A DNA stretch of 64,000 nucleotides from Rotaria socialis. Taxonomy: Eukaryota. Under the pieces are notes generated by a model. It was given only the letters and a program-made list of their open reading frames with translations, did not search any database and was not told where the DNA came from. Below are positions 1 through 14,006 of the stretch, piece after piece; the stretch's first letter is position 1, and every line of letters begins with the position of its first letter. The DNA lies in the NCBI GenBank assembly GCA_905331295.1, contig CAJNYD010000496.1, positions 62,001 through 126,000 on the forward strand. Reading direction: 5' to 3'. The translations under genes and the position numbers were made by a program.

Positions 1-987
1 GATCATTTTGAAATCAAATCAAACACATGAGAAGTTCAATGAAAGAAAACCTCAGTCACTGATGAACTACGATGTGTAACTGTTGTTGCATATACTATAA
101 ATTCCTTTGTTTTAAGCGTTAAACGAGTCTCGAATGCATTTTTAAAAGCATAATCAGTGATTTATTGTCACTTCTGAACACAAATACGATTATTTATATA
201 AAACAATTCAATTCTACGTTGTGATTCGAACATTGTGACTTTTTATTATTATTATGAAGTTTCTTTCATAAGAATAATTTCTAATGGCAAGACGAAAGCA
301 AACATACTAGCTCGTTGTTTTCTTCAATTGTATTTTATGATACCAAAAGAATTTTATTTTAACAAATTAAAATCTTATTTCCCTTTAAGAATAATATTCA
401 CGAACATGAATTTGAATACAGTCTTCCTAGTTTACTTAATTAAAAAGGTTGCATTTTCACTAATATGTCTTAGTTTTTACATTTCCCTCAAATACATTTA
501 GATTTCAAACAATAAATATTTTCTTAAATGCCCATGTAGCTGATATTGGTCCGATATTTGTTTTTATACTTGTATTATTTTCTATCTGTACTTTAGTTAA
601 AGTTCACTTTCTGCTCAGTTATATAAGAGCTATTTTTTCTTTATCTACAGTAGAAATTTTAGTTAAATTATTTACTTTTACAAGAATATTAATTCCAGCC
701 TGTGTACGTAGTAATAGTTTTTGAACGGCACATTATATAGTATATATATATATATATATAAGAGGATGAATTTATGTCTATCGAACAAAATAATTCATTT
801 AATAATATGCAATTTATAATGACATATCAGAAAAAAATTGAAGAGAATTCGTTTTTCTTAATTCAACTTATTCGTCATATAAATATTTCATGAGATTGAT
901 AGAAGAAATAGATCAATGTTTTTGTAGAAAGTTATTCGAAATTCAATACAGAATAATTTCTTTGACATAAAACTTGATGATTGTGAT

Positions 988-1458
988 TTATTCAAATACT
1001 TTGTTCTCTATTGCATAATGTTTTGTGCATTCTTTAGCTGTCTGACTAAATTTATCTTGATTCGTTCGATAGAAATTCAAAGTTTCTTGGTTGAGACCAC
1101 GTTCTGGATTAGGATCTGTTAGTAGCGAACATAACCATATCAGAAGATTACGTATTGTTATTATAGGAGACCATTGCGAATGAAGAACATCCAAACGGAT
1201 TTCTCCTGTTGTACAAATATTTGGATGACAAAGAGTTACGGTAAACTGAATCTGAGGCGGCTGAAATGAAAAATCTAAAGAAAAATCAATAGTCAATCGA
1301 AATATTCCACCATCATATGGTGTGTCTTTTGGCCCTTCAATGCAACCAGTTCAATGTGTCATGTCTTTGATTGGATCTTCAGGTTTTGCATAATAAAGAA
1401 GGGATGGATTTTTCTTCATGTCATTATACTGTTGAGTAAGACGTCGTGCAAGACTCAT
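988..1458 (-). pseudogene. Intronless ubiquitin-conjugating enzyme E2 (UBC4/UBE2D-like) copy 1, with in-frame TGA and loss of the catalytic Cys
   Basis: ATG at 1458 reads MSLARRLTQQYNDMKKNP..MTH*TGCIEGPKDTPYDGGIF..PPQIQF..HPNICTTGEIRLDVL..QWSP..LLTDPNP. TGA at 1351-1353 replaces the conserved Trp; GEICLD is GEIRLD. Confidence 0.88.
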
Positions 1459-1790
1459 TGAAAATAGTCAATTTTACTCTAAAGTAAATAAAACTATTAT
1501 CATCATCGATATTCACACATTCAAACAGTATATAAAGATAAAAATACTTGCTACTTTTTTTTGAAAACTAGAAGCTCTAAATGAGAAATACAAGTAGAAC
1601 CATAAATACTTCACGTAAAAATGGTTTATAGACACCATCACAATAAACTATAGACCATATATATCTAGAATGTTTCCGAAACATTAAAACAAAAAACTCG
1701 ATAATCTCTTTAACATTCACTCTAGAATAACAAGTAATGATCAGTCTGTATATCGAGTGGAAAAGACTCCCATTGAGTTAAGATCATTTA

Positions 1791-3207
<1,417 letters not shown>

Positions 3208-3796
3208 ATAATCAACTGGAAAATGTATTTTTAAATGAAAAATTCCATCGTGAAACGGTGATCCTTTAGGTCCACGGATCGAGTCATTCCAATTAAACAT
3301 ATCTATGGGTCGAGCAGCAGGTCGCGCTTGACATAATGGCGGTGGATCATTTTCCATTTCTTTTAATTGTTTTGCTAAACATCGAAGAAGAGACATCTAT
3401 CTCAGATCTGAAATATTTATAAATATCTCTCATCCATACAATGAATATAATTAATTTTGATTTTCCATGATTTTATTAATTAAACAAAATGTAAATCTGT
3501 AACCTAACAAAATTACTTATACTTCTGAATTTCATAAAAGCATACCGTACGTACTTTTAAAGTATTTGTCAAACAATATGAATATATTTCAGCATATGTG
3601 AAAAAGAAAAACGCATGTTTTTCTGTTTTGATCATGCCATTTTGTATTTGTCATTCAGTAAAGAAGAACAGCAAAGAAAAGAAAAACGGACTGTTTTTTT
3701 CTTAATTTTTGGTTTACACTTACTTCATTAATAGAGAGTAACATATTTAAGTCGAGATCTATTTATTTTTCTCTTTTCTTTCCTTTGCTTACAGTA

Positions 3797-4754
3797 ATGA
3801 CATCAATACAAAATTTAGTATTAAATCCAGTTGATGAATCTGCACGTGGTCCGACACCGTTTTCACATTGGGGTAATTAGTAAATTTTAATAATGTATTT
3901 TTTTCAATTATATTTCATCTAGTTATTCCCAAACTTTTATTGGCAAGTGCATATCCCGGTGAAAAGAATCCAAGCTCTCATAAACTCCTAACACGTAAAA
4001 TTTTTGATGCTGGTGTTCAAGTTATAGTTAATATTATGGAAATTGAAGAGTTAAAAGCATTTACACCTTATCAAGATATTATGCTTCAATATGCTAAAGA
4101 AGGTATCTTGATTTATGTAAACTTAAAATAATAAGATCTGGAATTTTGTTTTTCTTATATATATATATATATGAGGTTTTCAAAAAAATAAAACAAATTT
4201 TTACATATCTCTACTGATTTAGAAAATCGTGAAATTGAATTTGTTTCATTTCCAATTCGAGACCAATCTGTACATCAAGATAATCAATGTGTGCTCGATT
4301 TTTGTCTTGAACTTTGCGATAGAGTTAAACGAGGACAAGTTGTTCTTGTCCATTGTTGGTAATCATCCATATTAATAGAAAATAAAATTGCATGATTAAA
4401 TGATTTAGGGGTGGTCATGGTCGAACAGGAACAATTATTTCAATTATGATTGGAATTCTATTTAACTTGAATAGTATGATTTCACGCAATAAACATTTCA
4501 AAGTCTATATCATAACTTTTCTTCATTTCCACCTTAGGTAAAGAAGCTATATCCATGAATCGTCGTTTGCATGATCAACGCATTCGTACGAATGGAATTC
4601 CAAGTCCTGAGGCTCAATGTATGTATATTCTTAAATTTATGTTGACGTATTCTTTTAATTAATTATTGTAGCTCAATTCGATCAAATTCGTATTATTCTC
4701 GATGAAATGTATCTTAAGAATAATGGAAAAATTGAGCATGAAACTAAAATGTGA
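3797..4754 (+). CDS. Protein tyrosine/dual-specificity phosphatase, 6 exons
   Basis: Spliced translation gives MTSIQNL..SHWVIPKLLLASAYPG..FPIRDQSV..VLVHCWGGHGRTGTII..PSPEAQ..QFDQI. The CX5R P-loop is split by an intron; canonical GT-AG introns. Confidence 0.88.
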
Positions 4755-5283
4755 TACCCAAACGAGAAAAAAAAATATAATGATTTATTATGGTAATTTT
4801 TTCTCAAATTATTTGATAATAAAAACCGAAAAATAAATTCTACTCCATTCTACCAATTGAAATGATCGAAATTCAGTAGTTTAACAAGAAAGTGACATCT
4901 GATTTAAGAGAATAATCTTCATTATTCACTTTAATCTAATTATACAATGAAAAAGATTTCTTTCTTAAAGGTTATTTAAAAAGGTTCGATATCTTGTTTT
5001 AATCTCATTGACTAAAATCACTTTTGATCAGCAAAATTCATCGTAGATTCAATGACGTACTATTCCTTTCTCATATTCTGTTGATTATAGACATGCATTA
5101 ACAATGTCTTATAGTGCATGTTTTCTAATGTTATTTTTACTATTTATTTATTTTCAAAAACGATCTTCCTTAAAAAAAGATTGCCTCAATTGAACATACT
5201 GAGAAATATGAGCGAGTTAACTGATTTCTTTGAGTCCTCGTTTTATAACTTAAATAAACACGTTATTATACAGCGTGAATTTA

Positions 5284-5748
5284 TCAGCGTTTTGCATTCC
5301 TACTATCCATACCATATTCCTTTATCTAAGCTCTTACTGTATTATCATATTTTGTTTTATCTGTTCGATAGAGCTTTAGTGCATCTCTATTAAGTTCATG
5401 TTCTGTATTCGGATCTGTCAATAGCGAACATAAAGACTGAGGAGGCCACGTAGAGTTAGCGCTGGAGACCATTGTGAATAATAGAATATCCAAACAGATT
5501 TCACCGTTTGCACTGATATTTGGATGAAAAACTGGTGTGATAAAATGAATTGTGGGTGGTATCAATGGAAAGTCTGTAGGAAAGCCAATCGTCAAATGAA
5601 ATTTGCCTTCAGCATACGGCATGTCTTTTGACTCTTCAATCCAATGAGCCATCGTTTTACTGGGATCTTCGGGTTCTGCATAACATAATAGGGGTGGGTT
5701 ATTTTGTATACTACGAAAATGAATCGCAAGACGTTTAGTAAAAGCCAT
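5284..5748 (-). pseudogene. Intronless E2 copy 3 with compensating frameshifts and premature TAG
   Basis: MAFTKRL..PYAEGKFHLTIGFPTDFPLIPP..HPNISANGEICLDIL. The conserved SQWSPALTLRGLL lies in another frame (about 5430-5485). TAG at 5326-5328 replaces the Trp of the 'EWTKKYA' region and the frame continues IKEYGMDSRNAKR* to 5284. Confidence 0.85.
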
Positions 5749-8571
5749 GTTGATTATGAAACGATGTTCTGAAACAAAAAACAATACAATCTTCTATGTA
5801 GCAAAGAATAAAAAATGTGAAGCAATATAGTTGGAAATTATGCAAGAGGGAATAAAATTTGCTCGGGTTTTTTACCGGGATAACTTATTTGAGTCTTTTA
5901 CAACAGAGGAGAAAGGGAATAGCAGAAAAATATTCCCTTATCAAGCATTTATATTTTTTCTTACTAAGAATATGCTATCAAAAGCAATGACGTCATTATT
6001 GAAACTCGACACCTCTCATGAATATCATACTTAACGCCTAATTTCAAGAAATGATTTTTCCCATCGATTTCAATCCATATTTTTTCATCCATCTTGGATC
6101 ATTTTACAAAGAATGTTTTTTTGCTAAACAACTAATGTCTATGAAATTATTGTATCAAAAATGAACAAATAGTTACTATTCAGCTTATTCTTCAGCCTAG
6201 TTTTTAATACAAATAAGCATATTTATCCGTCAGCTACTTGTCCATTTGTTAGAAAAGATACACTTGGAAAAGAGATGTATTGAAATCGAAATTAAATCAA
6301 AACTCTCACGTCAGTTACGTTTCGTTTTGTTGTTGTTGTTTTTTGTATGAGTTTTGAGAACGTGAAGTATGAATGTGTTTACGAAAGAAAAGCATGAGAA
6401 AAGTTCACCAAAATCAATAAGTTCAACGGAAGAATATAGAAAAAGAACTGTCGAAAGAACATATAGAAAGGAAAAATATCGAACTTAAAAATGCTTATGG
6501 ACACCATATTAATCTATCGTGTCGATCAAAAACTGTATCCAGTAAAGAAAATAGTAGTAAAATTCATATCATAAGTACAAATCAAACACTACTAAGCAAA
6601 AGATGATGAACGTTCATGTTTTTATATTATGTTCTTAGCGAAAACCTTAGCTATCCTATTCAATAGCCAGTATTTTAGGGTTTTTTGATAAGGTTGAAAG
6701 TAGACCTCGTCGGTTCCATATTTTTAGAACGCAAATTTTCATTCTATTTATTGAAAATTCTTCCAGTGCGAATAGGCCAATACAAAATTTCAAACCCCGA
6801 AATCTTACCTGACTGACTCTAATTGAAAGATGACTGTTCATTTTAAGGATTAATTGATGCATCCTATGTTCTTCTACTTGAATAAACAAACGATGTTCGT
6901 ATGAGACCAATACCAAACTCTATCATCAAGAATAGAGAAATAATTCTTTCAAGACTCTCCCCTAGGTATTGTATCTTATCCAAAATCTAGTAGGATCATT
7001 TATACTCCTATTGAAGATTTAAAATAATAAACCAGAAATAGATCAAATCAAAGAATATTGTTATCAACAGGTCGCATGAAGTTGAATGATGTCTCCATGA
7101 ATAGCATATGAAAGGTTTTTTATCGGCTATGTTAAAATAGAAAACCTTTTATTTTGCAACTTATCCCGTGTAGTCATATTGTGACGGGTGTGTGTAGATG
7201 TGACTGCTATATACATATATTCTACGTGCCACAATCCAACCAACAAGACTTTTTCTGTACATCATAGCATCCTAAGTCTTTCTAATCTAGTCGGATCGAT
7301 CAATAGGGCACGTTGCGGCATTTTTCAATTTATTTTATTCTAGAAAAGTCAGATACATTCCTGTATTAATCATTTCTACCTCTGCATAGCTGCAAAATTC
7401 AACTCATATTCTTCAGCTTCTGACAAATACCATATTAGATATACAGATGTTAATAGTTTGATATTGGTAATTATATGAAGAATAACAGTTTGTGAGTGTG
7501 TAATGAGTGCGATATATCAATCTTAATGTTGGATGTGTATGCGTGTCATTCATACATTTACACCTACACTCTTCATTAAAGCTAATTGAATCTAAGATTT
7601 CCTCAGTACAACTCAACTGTGTTGTATCCATATACTTATTCAGAATCGGATCTGATTGGATATGACTCCAGAGTAGTCCTAGGTGCTACAAACAATATTC
7701 ATATCAATACTCACATCTCACATCATTACATACATCTAAATAATCTAAACTGTTGTATGCTAACATAACCGAATTCATTTTAAATGTACCTACCATTCCA
7801 TATTTCCTTGGATAGTATTAATCTTCGACATTTTCTTTTCACTCTGTTGGTTTTGGTTTTGGCATTTATTATATCATTCAAAAAGCTTATTGATATCCAG
7901 TGTCAGTGAACATATCTGGTTTGTATTCATATTGTTTACGATGACATAATTGTCCGTCACAATGCGCATATTTTTTTCTAGAAATAAGATCTTTTACTTA
8001 TAGGAAACAAACTTTCGTTGATATTTTTTATTCGAGGTCGATACGAGACAATAATTATCGATTTGTTTTCTGAGTCTGTTGTACTCATTTGTGATGTAAT
8101 AAATAAAGTTCGCAGTAACTATATGAGTAAATGAATCGAAACGAGAAATATCTGCACCAAGAATTCTGAAGTAAAATGAAATCGATTGAAATTCAATTAA
8201 GATGATATATGCCATTTACGTATGTTACAGAACTGATTACATATCAATCACGACGAACAGAATACGAAAGGTTCTCAATCGAAATTATCAAATTTTGTTC
8301 AAAATTAAAAGTAATTTATTTGTAGAAGAACAAGACGTTAATATTGTAACTCAGATTATTCTCAACAATTTTAAACCATTAATATTTTATCAATCGTCCA
8401 GCTTGAACGAAAAATCATCATTTTAGATAATTTGTGTTCTACATAACTCGTAATTTGGAAAATATAAAGGTATGAAATATGATGTAATCAATGTTTGAAC
8501 TTTTTCTATCACGTATTTAACTTTGAAGAAGGAAAGAAATTACACTAGATTGTTGTAAAATAATCTAGCAA

Positions 8572-11500
8572 ATGATATTGATATTTGCATCCGCTTGTGA
8601 ACGTGTACTAACAATCCATGTCGGAAAGTGTACAGCATACTACTCATTGTTAACGCTGTGTTTAGTACATAGATTGATTCGTTGTCTTCAGTTGAACTTT
8701 CTCATATATGTGGGCATTACTAATATGTGTACGACAATGAAAGTAATAGTATATGAAATAATCAAAATGATTTTACAGTTTTCTATACTGATTTCCTGTC
8801 AACAGGCATTAATTCATTGTCAATTAAATCTCTACAATACTGATCGAACAATGGATGATACTTCTTTGCAATACGATTGTCTATTCTATCGAGTACGGTA
8901 TGAAAAACTAACATTTCAAGAGCTATCAAATATAATTGATAACACGATTCCATATTGTTTTCGTCCTGACAATAAAACAGGAATGTTCATCTCAGATTTA
9001 AAAAGTTTCAGTGATCACATTTTTACTTTTGATGAATTACGTCGTCATAATATTACGACACAACAACTACTTTCGTGGTCTGCTCCAATAGATCTTGTTG
9101 AACAGTATCAATTCTATTTAGATGAATCGAATTCTTCTCTATCTTTATTATCGAATGAACTATTCTATAATTGTACAAAACCATGGTTTGGTCTTCGATG
9201 TCAATATTCATTTGAATTTAGTGAAGAACTATCCATTTCTAATATAGTTGAAGCTGAATTTTTTAGAAAAGCATCTTATTCCGAATCATCTGAAATTTTA
9301 ATCACATTACCTTGTTATGTTCATCTTAAATGTGATCGTGGTGGACCTCTATGTCTCGATTGGCGTGAAGTATGCGATGGACGTGTTGATTGTCTTGACG
9401 GTGGTCTCGATGAAGCATTCTGTTTCGACATGGAAATTAATGAATGCAGTGAAACTGAATATCGGTGTCATAATGGATTATGCATACCAGAAGAGTTTTG
9501 GAACGATGGTATAGGTGATGCTGATTGTCTTGATCGATCCGACGAGATAGCCGATGTCGCATATCCAAGATCTTGTTTTCAAGATCCAACATTTCGTTGT
9601 GAAGAACATGCTTGTCGAACGAATTGGCATCAATTTCCATGTGGTGATGGACAATGTGTTCAAAAATTCGATAAATGTCATAATGGACGTCATGCTCTAC
9701 TAATTAAATCGATGACTTTGCCAGGTGACTTGCCAAACAATTGTTGGATTATGATGATTTGTCTTACCATGTTGAATAATGAAGTCAATGGAATATCATG
9801 TGAGTCATGGCTAATGAACGATTCAGTTATTAAATTTCTTCAAACGTGTGAAATCATTTTTCAATTTCCAATAATACCTGTTCATTTTGGTCATCTTCGT
9901 TTTTTATATGAACGACCTGATCTAAAATTCAATCAAAGTTCATTCCTAATGCCCGATTATATTTGTTATGATCAACTGCATTGTGATTGTATAATACCAA
10001 CATTTTTTCACAGAAATCTTACATGTCTACATAGTTATCGATTACAATTGCAAGCAAGTATATCTGGACATCCTTGGATTGATATGATTTTAGAAATTAA
10101 TTCTTATTTTTCATCTTGTTTAATCTTGCACACATTTTCTGATAAGAAAGCTATCTATCACAATTATTCATTACTTCATCACTGTCAAAATTCTGCTAAA
10201 TACATTTCGAAGCATCGTATTGCTGATGAAAACAAAGATTGTTGTATGGGTGACGATGAAGACAATCGACTCAGTTGCTTAATCAATGATAAATATAGAG
10301 TTAAATGTCCTAATCAAAGTATTTGTTTATCACCATTACATTCGATTCACGATTGTCCAGAATCTCAAAATCAATATCATAACAATGTTCCTTTTCATAT
10401 ATTTTGTGACGGCTTTGAAGAACATTTCTTTGAAGATTTTAATGGTCAAAGTTATACAGATGAATCTGAATGTAACTATTGGCCATGTAATAATATTTAT
10501 TCAAGATGTGATGGTTTCTGGGCATGTCCAAATGGAGATGATGAAGACAATTGTCATCCTAAAGTATGTCCTTCTGAAATGCATCCATGTATATCACCAA
10601 CTAACTATTCGTTGACTTGTCTATCTGCCAAGCAAGTCGGTGATGGTATTGATGATTGTCTTGGAGCATCTGATGAGATTCACTTTTGTCGACAATTGTA
10701 TCCTTTAAAGAAAGATTATGAACGTTTTCGTTGTATAAATAGCGATCTATGTTTACCGGCATCAGAACTTTGCAATAATATACAATCATGTCCACTTGGT
10801 GATGATGAAAAATTTTGTAAAAATCATCGATTTATCTGTGAAGAAGATTCATCTAGTAATCAAAGTTTAATTGAAGATATTCTTTGTCAAGTAAGTGAAT
10901 ATAAGAGAAGAAGAATCATACATTTCTCTATTCGTACTGCACTTGTCTATCCTCCGTCATTATCTGCAATTAAAGATTCGACTTTTATGCCAACAGAACA
11001 ATTTAATAATAATAATAATAATAATAACAATAATTTTAAAACGATCGAATCACGAACGAGGAATTATTCATTGTCACGGGATTGCCATCGAGGACTTACC
11101 ACTCGTATTTGGTTTGCCAACGATCTATTTACATATGGATGTATGTGTCCACCGAGTTATTACGGTAATTTCTGTCAATATCAAAATGAAAGAGTGAGTC
11201 TTACATTAGGATTGATTAGAGCTGAAAAACATGATGTTTATGCTATTGTTGTTATGTTAATCGATGACAATGATGAACGTCAAAAAGTTGATTCATATGA
11301 TCAGTTTGATTATGCACCAAGTCGAAGTTGTGGAATTAAATTAAATCGTTATCTTCTATATTCGACAAGACCAAAAACTATCTCGAAGAATTACAGTATA
11401 CATATTCATACATTTGAAAAGCATACTATGACTTATCGTGGAAGTTGGCATTTATCTGTACCTTTCCTATTTTTGCCTGTTAATAGATTAGTTACACTGC

Positions 11501-13455
11501 TTATCATTCCCTCTTATCCCATTTCGATTCTATCCGACTGTTCAATCACATGCGAACACGGTGAATGTATGAAATATTTAAATAAAGATATATACTTTTG
11601 TCGATGTTTTTCTGGTTGGTCAGGCGTTCGATGTAATATATCGATGAATTGTAAAAGTTGTTCTGTTGGTTCAATCTGTGTTGGTATAGTCAAAAATCGA
11701 CCAATATGTGTTTGTCCTATGACTAAATTTGGACCACGATGTCTTCTTACCTCGTTATGCACAATAAATGCTTGTGAAAATAATGGTAAATGTATTCCAA
11801 CTGATCTAAGTGTATCTGGCAATGATTATTCTTGTATTTGTCCTGATCAATATTTCGGATCTAAATGTCAATATATTAAAGTTAAACTCGATTTATCTTT
11901 TGAGGATCTAGATATTCCATCTTATGTAACAGCTTTTTTCTTTACTATTACAGAACAATCAGAACCTACGTTTTCTATTATGCTTCAAAAGTTAACTCTT
12001 TTCCAACGTATTATAACATTTCGTATTTCAGTTGCATATCACATGGCGGTAATTAAATCTAATGATAAATTCTATCTTGCCGTAGTTCAACAATCTCCAA
12101 AGTCTGATATTTTTACGTCAATTAATCCTAGACGAGAATGTTTTTCCATAGAACATATATTTAATTCTACTATTATGAAAATGCCTCGATTTCATCGAAT
12201 TAAATTTTATCATATTTCGTGTCAAACTAATTTTGATTTGAATTGTTTTATCGACGAAACGTATTTATGTTTATGTACCCATGATCATCATGCAAATTGT
12301 GTTAAATTTGATCGTCATAAAAATCTTGAATGTCCATCAACAAACTATTGTACAAATGGTGCACAATGTCTTCAAGATCATCCTAATTGTCCATCGACAG
12401 TTATTTGTGTTTGCAACGAATGTTTCTTTGGTAGTCAATGCCAATTTTATTCGAAAGGTTTCGGTTTAACATTAGATGAAATTTTAGGTTATGAAATAAA
12501 ACGTAATATATTTCTATTTGATCAACCGTTCTCAGTAAAGTTAAGTGCTTTAATTACAATGATTATGTTTACAATAGGTATTATAAATGGTATTTTTTCA
12601 ATTATAACATTTAAAAATAAAACATCTCAAGCAGTTGGCTGTGGAATGTACCTTCTTGCTTCATCGATAACTTCATTGATGATTGTAATTTTGTTTACAT
12701 TAAAATTTTGGTTTCTTATTTTTTCTTATATTGATTTTTTTGCACAACGATTAATTCTTTATTCAAATTGTATGTTAATTGAACCTTTATTAAAAATTCT
12801 TTTATACATAGACAATTGGTTAAATGGTTGTGTTGCTGCTGAAAGAGCTTTTGCCGTTTTTAAAGGAGTTTATTTTGATAAGAAAACTAGTAGAAAACTA
12901 GCTAAATGGGTAATTATTTTTATGATAATTATTAATGTTATACTTCTTATTCCTCAACTATCATATCTTCATTTATTCGATGATGAAAAAGAAGAACGTA
13001 CGTGGTGTGTAATTCTTTATTCATCGTCTCTACATATTTATAATTCATTTATAATATTTTTTCATTTTTTTACACCATTTTTTATTAATCTATTCTCAGC
13101 TATTTTCATCATAATAGCAACTGGTCGTCAAAGAGGAATTACACAAACTGAAAATCTTTATATGAAACAATTTAAAAATAAATTAAAACAACATAAACAT
13201 CTTCTTATTAGTCCTGTAATACTTATTTTATTATCATTACCTCGTTTAATAATATCATTTACATTGGATTGTAAAAAATCATCGAAACATTTTTGGTTAT
13301 ATCTGATTGGTTATTTTGTTTCATTTATGCCCTCAATTCTTATATTCGTTGTGTTTGTTTTACCATCAACCATTTTTAAAAAAAGTTTTAAAGAAGCAAT
13401 ACTTCATGGTCGGCGGCGTATTCCTCTATTAAAAATGAACTTTTATTCAAAATAA
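8572..13455 (+). CDS. Intronless LDL-receptor class A repeat / EGF-like repeat 7TM GPCR (GRL101-like architecture)
   Basis: Multiple LDLa motifs (CDGRVDCLDGGLDE, CDGFWACPNGDDE), EGF repeats (CMCPPSYYGNFC, CRCFSGWSGVRC), C-terminal seven hydrophobic helices with rhodopsin-type 'CVAAERAFAV'. The true start is probably a downstream Met (about 8768) before a signal-like segment. Confidence 0.9.
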   Translation: MILIFASACERVLTIHVGKCTAYYSLLTLCLVHRLIRCLQLNFLIYVGITNMCTTMKVIVYEIIKMILQFSILISCQQALIHCQLNLYNTDRTMDDTSLQYDCLFYRVRYEKLTFQELSNIIDNTIPYCFRPDNKTGMFISDLKSFSDHIFTFDELRRHNITTQQLLSWSAPIDLVEQYQFYLDESNSSLSLLSNELFYNCTKPWFGLRCQYSFEFSEELSISNIVEAEFFRKASYSESSEILITLPCYVHLKCDRGGPLCLDWREVCDGRVDCLDGGLDEAFCFDMEINECSETEYRCHNGLCIPEEFWNDGIGDADCLDRSDEIADVAYPRSCFQDPTFRCEEHACRTNWHQFPCGDGQCVQKFDKCHNGRHALLIKSMTLPGDLPNNCWIMMICLTMLNNEVNGISCESWLMNDSVIKFLQTCEIIFQFPIIPVHFGHLRFLYERPDLKFNQSSFLMPDYICYDQLHCDCIIPTFFHRNLTCLHSYRLQLQASISGHPWIDMILEINSYFSSCLILHTFSDKKAIYHNYSLLHHCQNSAKYISKHRIADENKDCCMGDDEDNRLSCLINDKYRVKCPNQSICLSPLHSIHDCPESQNQYHNNVPFHIFCDGFEEHFFEDFNGQSYTDESECNYWPCNNIYSRCDGFWACPNGDDEDNCHPKVCPSEMHPCISPTNYSLTCLSAKQVGDGIDDCLGASDEIHFCRQLYPLKKDYERFRCINSDLCLPASELCNNIQSCPLGDDEKFCKNHRFICEEDSSSNQSLIEDILCQVSEYKRRRIIHFSIRTALVYPPSLSAIKDSTFMPTEQFNNNNNNNNNNFKTIESRTRNYSLSRDCHRGLTTRIWFANDLFTYGCMCPPSYYGNFCQYQNERVSLTLGLIRAEKHDVYAIVVMLIDDNDERQKVDSYDQFDYAPSRSCGIKLNRYLLYSTRPKTISKNYSIHIHTFEKHTMTYRGSWHLSVPFLFLPVNRLVTLLIIPSYPISILSDCSITCEHGECMKYLNKDIYFCRCFSGWSGVRCNISMNCKSCSVGSICVGIVKNRPICVCPMTKFGPRCLLTSLCTINACENNGKCIPTDLSVSGNDYSCICPDQYFGSKCQYIKVKLDLSFEDLDIPSYVTAFFFTITEQSEPTFSIMLQKLTLFQRIITFRISVAYHMAVIKSNDKFYLAVVQQSPKSDIFTSINPRRECFSIEHIFNSTIMKMPRFHRIKFYHISCQTNFDLNCFIDETYLCLCTHDHHANCVKFDRHKNLECPSTNYCTNGAQCLQDHPNCPSTVICVCNECFFGSQCQFYSKGFGLTLDEILGYEIKRNIFLFDQPFSVKLSALITMIMFTIGIINGIFSIITFKNKTSQAVGCGMYLLASSITSLMIVILFTLKFWFLIFSYIDFFAQRLILYSNCMLIEPLLKILLYIDNWLNGCVAAERAFAVFKGVYFDKKTSRKLAKWVIIFMIIINVILLIPQLSYLHLFDDEKEERTWCVILYSSSLHIYNSFIIFFHFFTPFFINLFSAIFIIIATGRQRGITQTENLYMKQFKNKLKQHKHLLISPVILILLSLPRLIISFTLDCKKSSKHFWLYLIGYFVSFMPSILIFVVFVLPSTIFKKSFKEAILHGRRRIPLLKMNFYSK
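11005..11034 (+). repeat. (AAT)n microsatellite encoding poly-Asn inside the GPCR ectodomain
   Basis: aataataataataataataataacaataat in frame. Confidence 0.85.
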
Positions 13456-13875
13456 CATCATTAGTCTCATGGTATTTTAACGCAAAGATAATTAAAAAAT
13501 TAAAAATATCATATTGATAATTGTATATTTACTATATATTTGCTATTTTATTGCTTCATTCTAGTACTGTTTATGTGTTTTATATGTTTATAGCATTTTC
13601 TTTTAGAATATTGATGAATATAATTGTGTAGACGTATTCGTTTCAAGACTAATTCATAGAAAAGTCGCTGTCTTGTAGTATATTAACAAAAATAGTTCTG
13701 TCTTAAAATTAATTCAGTTATGATTTCAAACAGTTTTCATTCTCCTTTTTTTACCTTTGTTTAATACAAATATTTTTTGTATTAACTTAAACATAAAGTA
13801 AACTTGATATAAATAATACAATACGAATTCAAAAATTGAAATAATCAGATGAACAAACTGTATAAAGATTGGAGC

Positions 13876-13947
13876 GGTCCTATGGTCTAGCGGTTAGGAC
13901 ATTGGACTCTGAATCCAGGAGCCCCAGTTCAAATCTGGGTAGGACCT
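13876..13947 (+). tRNA. tRNA-Gln (anticodon CTG)
   Basis: Cloverleaf: acceptor GGTCCTA/TAGGACC, anticodon stem TTGGA/TCCAG with loop CT-CTG-AA, T arm CCCAG-TTCAAAT-CTGGG; followed by an oligo-T Pol III terminator. Confidence 0.95.
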
Positions 13948-13959
13948 TTTTTCTTCCAT

Positions 13960-13971
13960 TCTTCCTTTCTG

Positions 13972-14003
<32 letters not shown>
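13960..14003. repeat. (TTTC)n microsatellite
   Basis: Direct tandem tttc units downstream of the tRNA. Confidence 0.8.

Positions 14004-14006
<3 letters not shown>

Noticed and set aside
6600..7900. Exon-like fragments with splice signals on the minus strand
   Set aside because: Frames are interrupted and no family is recognisable.
9317..12469. Alternative-frame and antisense ORFs within the GPCR
   Set aside because: Shadow ORFs of a long coding region with no independent features.
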